From Eledone cirrhosa (taxonomy: Eukaryota), in the NCBI GenBank assembly GCA_964016885.1, contig OZ024742.1:267034001-267098000 (forward strand): DNA of 64,000 bases, in the 5' to 3' direction. This document shows positions 27,709 through 40,472 of the stretch, in pieces. Every line of letters starts with the position of its first letter. Position 1 is the stretch's first letter. A program made the position numbers and the translations under genes. The notes under the pieces were generated by a model. The model ran no database searches, was not told where the DNA came from, and saw only the letters and a list, made by a program, of their open reading frames with translations.

Positions 27709-28670
27709 AATGTATGTAAAAACAACATACATGTATATAATTATGTGCATATATACGCACATACATTTGTATACACATATGTGAATATATATATATGCAT
27801 ACATATATATGGACTTTAAGTTGTATAAAGGTAATATCCACAAACCGAAGTGACAACTAAAGCTGATCCGAACAAACATTCTCACAGGAACAGGAAAAAG
27901 TGTTTAGTATTTTGTGGCATGTTTACATGCTTATATAACGGTGACGAAGATTCGAAACCGAATCTGAGCTTTCCCGCCTCTGGGACAAGCCGTGGTTAGC
28001 TGCGTACGCCCTTGGGAGATGTTAAACACAGGTCAGATGTTGTTTACTCCTGGCAGAAAAAGTGTTACCACGGACAAGAACGGACATTTCACCTACTCTG
28101 TCACATCTCCCTTCATGAAAAACGTCTGACCACTATTTCTCACACGCCATTACACGCCTGACTGAGTGATTACTTATACGTACCCTTTCTGTCACATTGT
28201 ATCTTTCAGATACAATACAAATTATATTATAATCGTATTCTGTGATACTTGTATTTACGTGGCTCGAAGATCCACCAAATTATTTTACGAATATTTCATG
28301 TTATAAATTTTATCATTCAATATTCAAATTGAATATTGTTATAATAAAATAAACATTGTAACAACACAATCCTGGTATTATTCTTTGCATTGAAACCATC
28401 ATACCAACAATTCCATCTATTCACTTATCCGTTACAACTGGATTATTCGCTACACTTACATACTAAAATGTGTATATTTATATACACATGGGTGCAGTCA
28501 CGGTCACCCACTATAAATGTATACATTATACCTTTCAGTCTGACGAGCAGATCGAAGCTGGAGTTTGATCCATAGCTTCCATAGTTGACTTTGAGCCAAT
28601 CATCTGTGAAACGTAAATAACAGGTCGATAACCAATATAACATTTAAATAACACTTTTTTTACACACACA

Positions 28671-28729
<59 letters not shown>

Positions 28730-28746
28730 TTATATATATATATATT

Positions 28747-28842
<96 letters not shown>

Positions 28843-30262
28843 GAATGCGACTCATTAGTACAAAATACTGAATAATTAGTTAGAATGAGTTACAATATTC
28901 AGACCTGCGACAGTAGTCTAAATGGTACTGAAATATCCCTCTGAAAAATCATATCAAGGACAGATCCTGATTAAGAAAATCCAACTCAAGACGCGAGATA
29001 TGAATCTGATGAAATATCTTTGCACAAACCTAACTGTTTGAGAAGTTAAAAATACCACCAGGTAACTCAAATATGTGGTACAAAATTCTGTAATAAGAGG
29101 GGGAATAGTGATTTATAGTATTTAATTTTCTTTTTAGTTGAACGCAAATAAATAACACCAATATTTGGAGGAAACACACATATATATGTTTATGGTACCT
29201 ATATACGTATTTTTGTAATATGCATCTATTTACATGTATATATGTTTAATGCCGACATGGGCGAAAGTGCATGGATGGACAGTCAAATATGCTATAAAAC
29301 ATCCAAAGGCAATCCTTATATTTTTCTGTGCACGAAGAGAATAAGATGTTTTTACATTTATTTCGTAGCAAGGAATAAAATAACATAAATCGTTAGTGTA
29401 TCTAGATTAATATATTAGTAAGTTTTAACAATCTACATAATTCTCAGGATAAATATTTATTAATTAATTAATCACACAGCCTAGGAATGCACGTTATGCA
29501 AGTTGGCCCAGGTCACTTTGTTTGAGATATGGTTTGTGTTTGATATAAATAATGATTTTGTCTTCTGATGAACATCACATTTACTTTGAAACATGTACAA
29601 AACTATAGGTTTTTCTGTGAACGAAGTGAGGCGTGCGCATACACATATATATATATATATACATATAGAGTAATATGTAAATATGTTAGGAATATATTTA
29701 TGTATATATGTACATGCACACATATAGATATATGTCACAATCAAAAACACGCATATATATTATACACAACAATCTCTAAACTATATATTGGGACACTAAG
29801 GAAAGCTAAACAAAATATATACGTGCAGGTACACACACACACACATGCGCACATATATACATACACAAACACAAACACATCCACATACACAAACAAAAAC
29901 AGACACATGTCATGATAAAAGAAAGGATAATAAATGGTTTCCTTCAGATATTGTGTGATAATTGTCTCAGATTTAGTAAATATTTTTAACTCCTCTGAAC
30001 TTTGTTTCCTGTAATTTCTTAGTTGTGATTTTGTTTCTTTTTGCTCCAATCCTACTTGATTCTGTCTTTAACATTTGTCTTGTCATTTTTTTTATTTTAC
30101 ATCTTCAGAGAGGAAGTAGGAATGTTGATGCTACTAGTGCTAATGTCATAGGGAGATATGGAGATAGAAATATAGGGCGATGGAAAAAAAACGATTAGTA
30201 AGACAACACACCAATATCTATCTATCTATTAATCTCACCTTGCTTTCTCTCTCTCTCTCTCT

Positions 30263-30330
<68 letters not shown>

Positions 30331-30350
30331 GGAGAGAAGGAGAGAGAGAA

Positions 30351-30430
<80 letters not shown>

Positions 30431-30851
30431 AGCGAGTGGGGATTAGATAGAGTTTATGCGTGATTTAGAAAAATTATGATCGAAACAGTCGTTATAGAAA
30501 GTGAAGAGAAGCACATAATAATGATACATTATGAGATAATGCAACAGAGATTACCATAGATATATCGCGAGAAGTGAGCGAGAGAGTGAGAAGTGACAGG
30601 GGGAAGTTGATAAGATCTCTTACCTTAATATGCGTATAAAGAAAATAATGGTTTTTACATCTCTTAAAATTTTTACAGAAAGCCCTATAAAGTAAATTCA
30701 ACATCAGCCATAAATCTATCTAGTTCGCTTTTTCAGTAATTATATATATATATATATATATGCAAAGGTTATATTTAATTTGTTGGAATTCAACAAACTT
30801 AAAAGTTTTATAACTGATATAAAGCACCCAACAGTTTGGTGGAGTAAATAT

Positions 30852-31100
30852 TCATTATATTAATAAATGGAAACTATATTTATAAAACCATAATTATTTG
30901 ATTATATATATTTCAAGGGCAACCAAGGTAAATTATGGTGCGCTTTCATAAGATAAAATACAAAATTTGTTTTATAAATGTTGACATACCCGCAGAAGAA
31001 CAACCTTGACGGTTGGAGGTTCGCTGGATATATATGCCCTTGAAATATATATAATAAAATAATTATGGTTTTATAAATATAGTTTACATTTATTAATATA

Positions 31101-31103
<3 letters not shown>
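30852..31103. repeat. Short inverted repeat, diverged relative of the 40473-42690 module
   Basis: cattatattaataaatggaaactatatttataaaaccataatta..tttcaagggca is mirrored at 31035-31103 and shares the ggaaactatatttataaaacca motif with 40489. Confidence 0.75.
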
Positions 31104-31138
<35 letters not shown>

Positions 31139-31329
31139 GGAGGGTCATATTTGTGTTTTTTTTCCAGAATTAATAACAGAACACTCACTGTTTGGTTGGT
31201 TTTAGCTTTTCGCTTCTGTGTCTTTTATATCGGTAATCTAACTTACTCGGTCCTCAATGTTGCCATTGACTGACCGACGGTCAAAAATAATACAGATACA
31301 ATGTAGACACAAACACATATATATAGTTT

Positions 31330-31371
31330 ATCATAAATCTTTCGTTGCACATCTGCAACATCGTCAGTGGT
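31330..31371 (-). ncRNA. Hammerhead ribozyme motif (partly decayed)
   Basis: Reverse complement: ACCA-CTGACGA-T-GTTGCA gatg TGCAAC-GAAA-GATT-TA-TGAT. Confidence 0.55.
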
Positions 31372-32075
31372 GCTATTTGCATTTATTATGTAACCCAGTA
31401 TGAATCATGTTGTACATATTGCTTATGGTTAATATAATGTTAACAATTTATCATTGTATTTCACTGTGACATCTATATTGTTTCTGTAAATTAACCGGAG
31501 ATTATATATATTCTACTTTATTATATTGTATTGTATTATATAATTTTGTTGTTTATTATTTATTATAAGTGTTTCTTGTAATTATTGCCTCATGTATATT
31601 GGGTGGATGTGTTAGCATTATTTTCACTATTACCATGCTTATTTTTGATATTTTTGATGTTCAAACTTCCAATAGGGCTTAATTTCTGTGTAATAGAAAA
31701 TAGATATGTGTATTGTAATATGTGTGTGTGTGTGTGTGTGTGCGCACATATATACATGTATATATTGTACCTTTTGATTTTTGATTTGGAATTTCAGTGT
31801 TGGTATAGATATATTATTATTATAATGTATTATACTGTGTTATATATAATTCCTGCTCTATATAACCAAATTTGTTTAGATTTAAGTTGGTGACTTTGGA
31901 CTATATTTGTAATATGGTTCTTAATGTTATCTACATCCTTAGTTATTATAATTTTATTATTTTTATCTTCATTTTTATTATAGTATATCTTTGTAAGACA
32001 TTAGTGTATGTAAACTCCATATTCTTCAGAGTTTCTGGCTTGTATCTGCCGAAATTACCTCTTGTTGTTTTGATT

Positions 32076-32113
32076 GCCCTGATGAGTCCTTAATAGGACG
32101 AAACATTGTCGGC
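32076..32113 (+). ncRNA. Canonical minimal type-I hammerhead ribozyme
   Basis: GCC-CTGATGA-GTCCT taat AGGAC-GAAA-CATTG-TC-GGC, with an intact core and a GUC site. Confidence 0.85.
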
Positions 32114-32161
32114 TAATAAAAACTTTTGATGTTTTAAAGGATTCTTTGTTTTACTCTCTTA

Positions 32162-32218
<57 letters not shown>

Positions 32219-32279
32219 TGTAATTACTGAAAAAGCGAAATAGATAGATAGATTTATGGCTGATGTTGAATTTATGTAT

Positions 32280-32319
<40 letters not shown>

Positions 32320-32320
<1 letters not shown>

Positions 32321-33096
32321 AACGGAAAAAATGAAACGAATTTTCATTTCTCACTCTTAGTACGGCTGTTACTTAAATATAAGTATGTATACGTACATAC
32401 ATATATGTATACAGACGTACAATAGTATGTATATCTTCCTGCCAGATGGTTGAACGTCTGAAAGTATATACTTTCCTTATGCATATTAACGGCTGAGCAG
32501 CCTAATTTGCATATCGAGTGAGTTAATCGGCCGGGGTACCGAAAACGATAAACGGAAAACATGAATCGAAATTTCATTTCTCACTCTTAGTACGGATGTT
32601 ACTTAAATATAAGTATCTATACGTACATACATATATGTATACAGACGTACAGTAGTATGTATATATATATATATATATATATACATACATGCACACATAT
32701 ATATATATACGTATGGATTCACCGAACATTTATTATAATGCTCGGTGTGTTTGCAAACAAACATCCCGAATTAAGCCGTACAGTGTCTAGCAACCATCGT
32801 TGCTCATTTGTCCAACGCTGACAAAGGAACGCTGTACTAGTTTCAAGCTTATTAGCTATCGTCAGCAACGTATACCTTCCTGCCAGATGGTTGAACGTCT
32901 GAAAGTATATACTTTCCTTATGCATATTAACGGCTAAGCAGCCTAATTTGCATATCGAGTGAGTTAATCGACCGTGGTACCGAACACGATAAACGGAAAA
33001 CATGAAACGAAATTTCATTTCTCACTCTTAGTACGGATGTTACTTAAATATAAGTATCTATACGTACATACATATATGTATACAGACGTACAGTAG

Positions 33097-33160
<64 letters not shown>

Positions 33161-33530
33161 CCTGCACACATATATATATATACGTATGGATTCACCGAAA
33201 TTTATTATAATGCTCGGTGTGTTTGTAAACAAACATCCCTAATTAAGCCGTACAGTGTCTAGCAACCATCGTTGCTCATTTGTCCAACGCTGACAAAGGA
33301 AGGCTGTACTAGTTTCAAGCTTATTAGCTATCGTCAGCAACGTATACCTTCCTGCCAGATGGTTGAACGTCTGAAAGTATATACTTTCCTTATGCATATT
33401 AACGGCTGAGCAGCCTAATTTGCATATCGAGTGAGTTAATCGGCCGGGGTACCGAAAACGATAAACGGAAAAAATGACACGAAATTTCATGTTCGTTGAA
33501 TCCATACGTACATATATATATGTGTGCATG

Positions 33531-33580
<50 letters not shown>

Positions 33581-33984
33581 CGTCTGTATACATATATGTA
33601 TGTACGTATAGATACTTATATTTAAGTAACAGCCGTACTAAGAGTGAGAAATGAAATTTCGTTTCATTTTTTCCGTTAATCGTTTTCGGTACCCCGGCCG
33701 ATTAACTCACTCAATATGCAAATTAGGCTGCTCAGCCGTTAATATGCATAAGGAAAGTATATACTTTCAGACGTTCAACCATCTGGCAGGAAGGTATACG
33801 TTGCTGACGATAGCTAATAAGCTTGAAACTAGTACATCATTCCTTTGTCAGTGTCGGACGAATGAGCAACGATGGTTGCTAGACACTGTACGGCTTAATT
33901 CGGGATGTTTGTTTACAAACACACCGAGCATTATAATAAATGTTCGGTGAATCCATACGTATATATATATATGTGTGTGCATGC

Positions 33985-34069
<85 letters not shown>

Positions 34070-34123
34070 TATGTATACATACTTCTGTACGTCTGTATAC
34101 ATATATGTATGTACGTATACATA

Positions 34124-34130
<7 letters not shown>
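32320..34130. mobile_element. Tandem plus inverted array of an about 470-bp ORF-less HHR-bearing unit
   Basis: The unit repeats on the minus strand (partial 32345-32580, 32580-33015, 33015-33490) and is then inverted on the plus strand (33490-34130). HHRs at 32830-32870(-), 33302-33342(-) and 33799-33839(+). Confidence 0.85.
32830..32870 (-). ncRNA. Minimal type-I hammerhead ribozyme
   Basis: Reverse complement: CGTTG-CTGACGA-T-AGCT aata AGCT-T-GAAA-CTAG-TA-CAGCG, with palindrome ACTAGT. Further copies at 33302(-) and 33799(+). Confidence 0.8.
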
Positions 34131-34161
<31 letters not shown>

Positions 34162-34162
<1 letters not shown>

Positions 34163-34985
34163 GTTATTTCGGGTTGAATCGGAGGTAACCACAGTAAGTA
34201 AGGTACTCAATACATAGCAGAGTATAAAAGTTTTAATATAGATGAGATTCTACAGGACTAGAACTGTTTCATTCTTTAGAAATCATCAGTAATCTGGGTA
34301 TCAAAAAATAAAAATGGTATTTATAGGTCTCTACAAGTGGTAGGAGAGGGTGGGGAGTGTGATGGGTGTAGGTCATTGGTTGATAGAAAAGGGAATTCAA
34401 CAAAGCTATAGTTTATTTTTATTTATTTATGTTTTTAGAGTAACAAAGGCAGACAGAATTCTATAAACAGGTTCCGGATGGCATACCATTCCTTGTCATT
34501 AAGTCTCTCTTCCCGCCGAGGTTGACTTTGCCTTTCATCCTTACGAGGTCGATAAAATAAAGTACCAGAAATGCACTGGGTTTTTGCTGGCATTGTGCCT
34601 AAAGTGGAAACAATTAAGTTTCTCTTAAGCTAACAGATGTCTATAAAATCAGTGGGGGGGTCGGTCATGGTAGATAGAATAAAAGAAAAGGGAGATTCTT
34701 TAAAAGCTAAAATCGTTAAGGTTCTACTAAGCGACAAAGGTTTAGAGAATTCTGTAAACAGATTCAAGATACTGAGTGCATATCTTACAATTATCTTCGA
34801 ACTTCTCTTAAACTAATCAACTATATGCCAAAAATCATCAGTCACATTCACAAAAAAACAAAAAAACATAAAAAAACATACTCACTCACACACTCACGCG
34901 CAACCATGAACACACATACACATACACAAAAACACACATAAGAACACACACACAAATATATAAATATATTTATATACATACATCT

Positions 34986-35010
<25 letters not shown>
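34162..35010 (-). mobile_element. pLTR-like HHR module, outer part of the left arm of a large inverted duplication
   Basis: 34229-35010 is the reverse complement of about 51545-52197. HHR at 34256-34294 reads GATTA-CTGATGA-TTTCT aa AGAAT-GAAA-CAGT-TC-TAGTC. Same family at 63638-63770. Confidence 0.85.
34512..34612 (+). mobile_element. 5'-truncated SINE with 14-bp TSD
   Basis: TSD attaagt(c/t)tctctt at 34498-34511 and 34613-34626. Absent from the paralogous arm near 51920. Confidence 0.9.
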
Positions 35011-35021
<11 letters not shown>

Positions 35022-35022
<1 letters not shown>

Positions 35023-38000
35023 ATAAAAAATTGAACAGGGACAGAACAGAGAGGCAGTACGACAAATGTTTATTAGATTCACGCTCGGGAGAGTGGGGGG
35101 TAGGTGGAGGACGACGTTTCGGGCATAAGCCCTTCTTCAGGTAAGAGTTCAAAAGGTGTGTAGGGGAGTGGTGGAGAGACATATAGCGAAAGGAAACGGT
35201 GCGAATGAAAAATTAACAAATAAAGACAAAAATATAATAAATAATAAATAAAAATAAAGCATGATCAAAATACAAGGAATGAGAACATTTAAAAATAAAG
35301 GCATGATCAAAATAAACTGAAATTAAAAGGGGGGTAAACAGGTGGTGGAAGGGTGTGGGGTGAGTAGAGGTGGAGGCGGGTGGAGTGGGGAGAGGGAGAC
35401 GGGGTGTCCGAGCGGGGAGGGCTGAAGGTGGTGTGTGTGGTTAGGTGTGCGTGTGTGTGTGTGTGTGTGTATGTGAAACTGAGGGTTGGGGGAAGAACGG
35501 GGTTGCATGTTCAGGAAGGTGTGTGTGGGGGGTGTTTTTGTGTGTCGGAGGGTCTGTGCGTGTGTGGATAGGGGGTGGGGGGAGAGGAATCAGGGGGCTG
35601 AGGGTGTAAATATGTGGTGGGAAGCACGTGTGTGTGGTGGTTTAAGCGTGTTGTGGGTGTGGGTGGCGTGTGGATAAAAAAAATTTGTTTGGGGATGTGT
35701 GTGTGGGTGAGTTATATAGGTGATGGTGTTAGAGGATGGTTGAAAGTGGTAAGTTACACGGATGTATGGAGATTTGGGTTGGAAGTCAAAACGTGTGTGT
35801 GTAATCCAAGAAGCGGTGGTCGGAAGAGGAGAGATGTGGGGTGCGCGCGCAACAGGAAGTGGTCAGCAGTGGAAGTGCTGTGGTCAGTTGGTGCTGAGAC
35901 AGTGGTCGGAAGGGCATAGCAGCAGTCAGCGGAATGGTAGGGAGGCGAGGATGGGTAGGTGTGAGAGTTGGAGTGAGGAGGGTGTGTGTGTGTGTGTGTA
36001 TTAGTAGGGGTGTTAGTGGGATGAGTGAGTGTGGAGTGGGGAGAGAAAGGTGTGTGTGGTTCTATGGAGGGAGTGTGGTGTACTGGTGCGTGTGTAGTTT
36101 GGTGAGGAGGTGTTAGTGGGTGTTAGTAGACGGGAGGTGGGGAGGGGTGGAATTCAGGTGTGAGTGGGGGTTAGTGGGGGTAGGGTGTGTAGAGTTGGTG
36201 GTGTACGAGGGTGTGTGGGTACGTGTGCGTGGGGTTGGAGGGTGTTAGTGATGTTAGTTGCGTGTGGGGTGGGTGGTGTGAGTGTGTGCGTGTGATAAGG
36301 AGGGGGGAGGAGGAGAAGAGGGGAGGGAAGGGATGTTAGTATGTTAGTTGGGGAAGGGTGGTTAGATGAGGGGTGGAGTGGAGGTGGTAGTATTGTTAGT
36401 GTGGGGTGGGCGGTGAAAAGGAGGGGTGTGTTAGTGGTGTTAGTGGGGGATAAGTGGGGGAGGGGGGCGGTCGAACGCTAAAGGAATAAGGGTGGGGAGT
36501 TCAGGCCGGGGGGAGTGTGGGTCTGTAAGAGGAAGATAGTACGTTGTTCGACCGTGAGGCGATGGGCGGGTGTTCCGTGGCACTGGAGTAGGCCACAGAC
36601 TGTGAGATGGTGTGCGGAGTGTCCAAGGCCACCAAAGTGGCGGGAGATGGGGGAACTGCCCCCGAGACGAATGTCCCGGAGGTGCTCTGTGACTCGGTCC
36701 GCCAGGCGGCGTCCCGTCTGTCCGACATAAGTCGCGCTGCACCTCGTGCAACGAAGTCCGTAGACTAGGTTGGAGGAGGTGCAGCGGAAGGCATGCCGGA
36801 CCGAGAGAGGGTGGCCGTTGGGACCCTGGAAGGTGGTGGTGTTGGTGATATGGGGACAGGTGTTGCAGCGGGGCCTAGAACAGGGGAAGGAACCGGGGGG
36901 GAAACGGAGCGTGGGTTGGGGGGTAGGGAGCTGTGGACGAGGAGGGTGCGGAGATTGCGTGCGCGTTTGAAGGAGGGGAGTGGTGGGGTTGGGAAGATGT
37001 GGGAGGTGGAGGGGTCGGACTGGAGGTGTCGGAAGAGGCGGCGGATGGTGCGGTGGAGGGGTAAGGTGGAGGGGTGGTAGGTGATGGGGAAGGGGAGACG
37101 GTGGGTGGGTGTGCGGTGGCGTGGGGTGAGGGTGGTAGAGCGGGGGATAGCACGGGCGCGGGTGAGAGCGGTGTCGACGAGAGAGGGGGGGTAACCTCTG
37201 CGGATGAAATGGCTGACTAGGGAAAGGGCTTGGGACTCGAAGTCAGCATCTCGGCTACAGAGGCGGCGGATCCTGAGAAGTTGGGAGTAGGGAATGGAGA
37301 GTTTAGTGTGGGTGGGGTGGGAAGAGGTGAAGTCGAGGTAAGAGTGAGAGTCGGTGGGTTTGAAGAAGGCGGAGGTGACGAGGGAGTGGTGGGAGGGGTC
37401 GAAGGCGACGGAGATGTCCAAGAAGTGGACGTGGGTGGTGGAGATAGAGGTGGTGAAGTGGAGGGAGGGGTGGAAGGAGCAGAAGAAGGAAAGAAAGGAG
37501 TCGAGCTGTACTCGGGTGAGGGTCGTGGGTCCGATACAGTCGTCAATGTAACGACCGTACAGTTCGGGCGTGGGGCCGGTGTACTGGGCAAAGATTTGGG
37601 CCTCAACATGGCCAACAAAAAGGTTGGCATAGTTCGGGCCCATTCTTGTGCCTATGGCTACCCCCGTGACCTGTTGGTAAAACTCACCCGAGAAGGAGAA
37701 ACAATTTAGGGTGAGGACCAGCTCGGCGAGGCGAAGGAGGGTGGGGGTGGAGGGAATGGGGGAGGGGCGAAGGTCGAGGTAGTGTTTGAGGGCGCGAAGG
37801 CCGTCGGCGTGGGGGATGACGGTATAGAGGGACTTGATGTCTAGGGTGAAGAGGAATGGCTGAGGGCCGGGTAGGTAGGTGAAGGAGTCGAAAAGGCGCA
37901 GGGCGTGGTTGGTGTCAGAGATGTGGGAGGGGAGGGTGGTGACAAGAGGGGCGAGGAGGGAGTCGAGAAAGGCGGAGATGAGTTCGGTGGGGCAGTTGCA

Positions 38001-38336
38001 AGCGGAGACGATGGCACGGCCGGGGTTGTCGGGTTTGTGGAGTTTGGGGAGGAAGTAGATGGTGGGGGTGCGGGGTGTGCGGACGATGAGGTGGGAAGCG
38101 GTGGGGGGAGGAGGGAGGAGGCGATAAGGTCTTTGATGGTGGAGGAGACTTGTTGTTGGTAGAGGGGGGTGGGATCGGAGGGTAGAGGGCGGTAAAAGAG
38201 GGGGTTACAGAGCTGCCTGAGGGCTTCGGCCTTGTAGAGGTCCGCGCGCCATACCACCACGGTGCCTCCCTTGTCCGCCGGTTTGATGACGATGTCATCT
38301 CGGCTACGGAGGGAGCGGAGAGCGAGGAGTTCGCCC
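35022..38336 (-). mobile_element. Penelope/Poseidon-type PLE, 5'-truncated, in (TA)n
   Basis: [40 protein letters not shown] and GIY-YIG YVGQTGRRLADRVTEH, with frameshifts. Long C-rich 3' UTR carries a HHR-like CTGAAGA-A-GGGC ttat GCCC-GAAA-CGTCG-TC at 35105-35146. Confidence 0.9.
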
Positions 38337-38465
<129 letters not shown>

Positions 38466-38633
38466 TACATACACCTACATATACACACACATATACATAC
38501 ACACACACACATATATATACACACACACACACACATATATACACATATAAATACACTCACACACATACACATACACATACATATATATATACACAATACA
38601 CCTACACACACATATACACATATACACACACAT

Positions 38634-38666
<33 letters not shown>

Positions 38667-38668
<2 letters not shown>

Positions 38669-39644
38669 CATTATGAAGAGAGAAGAAACATTTAGATATA
38701 ATTAGTAATAAAATGTATCATACCTAAACTGTTCCTAAATTCCTCGACTACGTAGTTTCGTGGCATAAACAAAAACAATATATCAAAGATATAGAGTCCT
38801 TGCGAGGTCTGCCGACTTATCAAGAGGATACCTCATTTTACTAGTCTCAAGAACGCGTCTACACGACGTGAGAAAGAATCCCAAAAGGCGGAGGGGGAGA
38901 TAGTCACGCGATATAACGGTCGAGAAACAGAGCTAAGCCTCTTATAACCACGAAGAAAATACCACGGAGGCGGAGGGGGTATTCATATCGAGGCCGTAGA
39001 AGAGGTAGTGAAGAAGGCGAGAAGTATGAGTAATGGAAGCTTTCCAGTTGTCCCCACACTTCAAAGATTGCTCGACCAGAGGGAGTTATTAATATATTTA
39101 GAAACACACAGATACATGCGGACACACACATATATACATGAATGCATCCGCACCCAACTGTGAGTTAAGGGTGCCAACTTCACCGATGTTGCTCAATGAA
39201 TGACTGGGACAGACCAATTCAGTTTGAACGAGACTGAACCAGTATCAGAGTTAAAAATACATTATGAAGAGAGAAGAAACATTTAGATATAATTAGTAAT
39301 AAAATGTATCATACCTAAACTGTTCCTAAATTCCTCGACTACGTAGTTTCGTGGCATAAACAAAAACAATATATCAAAGATATAGAGTCCTTGCGAGGTC
39401 TGCCGACTTATCAAGAGGATACCTCATTTTACTAGTCTCAAGAACGCGTCTACACGACGTGAGAAAGAATCCCAAAAGGCGGAGGGGGAGATAGTCACGC
39501 GATATAACGGTCGAGAAACAGAGCTAAGCCTCTTATAACCACGAAGAAAATACCACGGAGGCGGAGGGGGTATTCATATCGAGGCCGTAGAAGAGGTAGT
39601 GAAGAAGGCGAGAAGTATGAGTAATGGAAGCTTTCCAGTTGTCC
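38667..39644 (-). mobile_element. ORF-less partial-tandem (pLTR-spacer-pLTR) HHR element
   Basis: About 387-bp direct repeats (38667-39053 and 39258-39644), period 591 bp, apparently identical, embedded in (TA)n/(CA)n. Confidence 0.88.
38741..38828 (-). ncRNA. Hammerhead ribozyme with U3-A8 core (second copy 39332-39419)
   Basis: Reverse complement: TCCTC-TTGATAA-GTCGGCA...TGCCAC-GAAA-CTACGTAG-TC-GAGGA, with palindrome ACTACGTAGT and a GUC site. Confidence 0.75.
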
Positions 39645-39745
39645 ATATATATACATACACATACATATACATATACATATATATATATATATATACACAA
39701 TACACCTACACACACATATACACATATACATACACATACACACAA

Positions 39746-39786
<41 letters not shown>

Positions 39787-39853
39787 TATATAAATATATA
39801 TACACACATACATACATAAACAAATATATACATATACATACACACACACACAC

Positions 39854-39918
<65 letters not shown>

Positions 39919-39971
39919 CACATACGCACACACATATACACATATATAAAGAAAAAATACCATATGTACAA

Positions 39972-40036
<65 letters not shown>

Positions 40037-40104
40037 TATATATATACATATATATATACATACATATACATACATATACATATATATATAGGGAATACGT
40101 ACAA

Positions 40105-40149
<45 letters not shown>

Positions 40150-40378
40150 TATACATACATATATATATATACATATATATATACATATACACATATACAC
40201 ACATATATGTACATACACATACACATACACACACATATGTACATATATATACAAACACACACACACACATGTACACACGCATATACACACACACATACAC
40301 ATACAAACATATATACACAAATACATACACACGTATACACACACACGTATATACACATATATATACGTACACATATAC

Positions 40379-40445
<67 letters not shown>

Positions 40446-40472
40446 TACATACATAAATATATATATATATAT

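Noticed and set aside
32344-33950. Repeated 77-99 aa ORF MKFRF..
   Set aside because: It recurs only because the DNA unit is repeated, has no recognisable domain, and overlaps the ribozyme.
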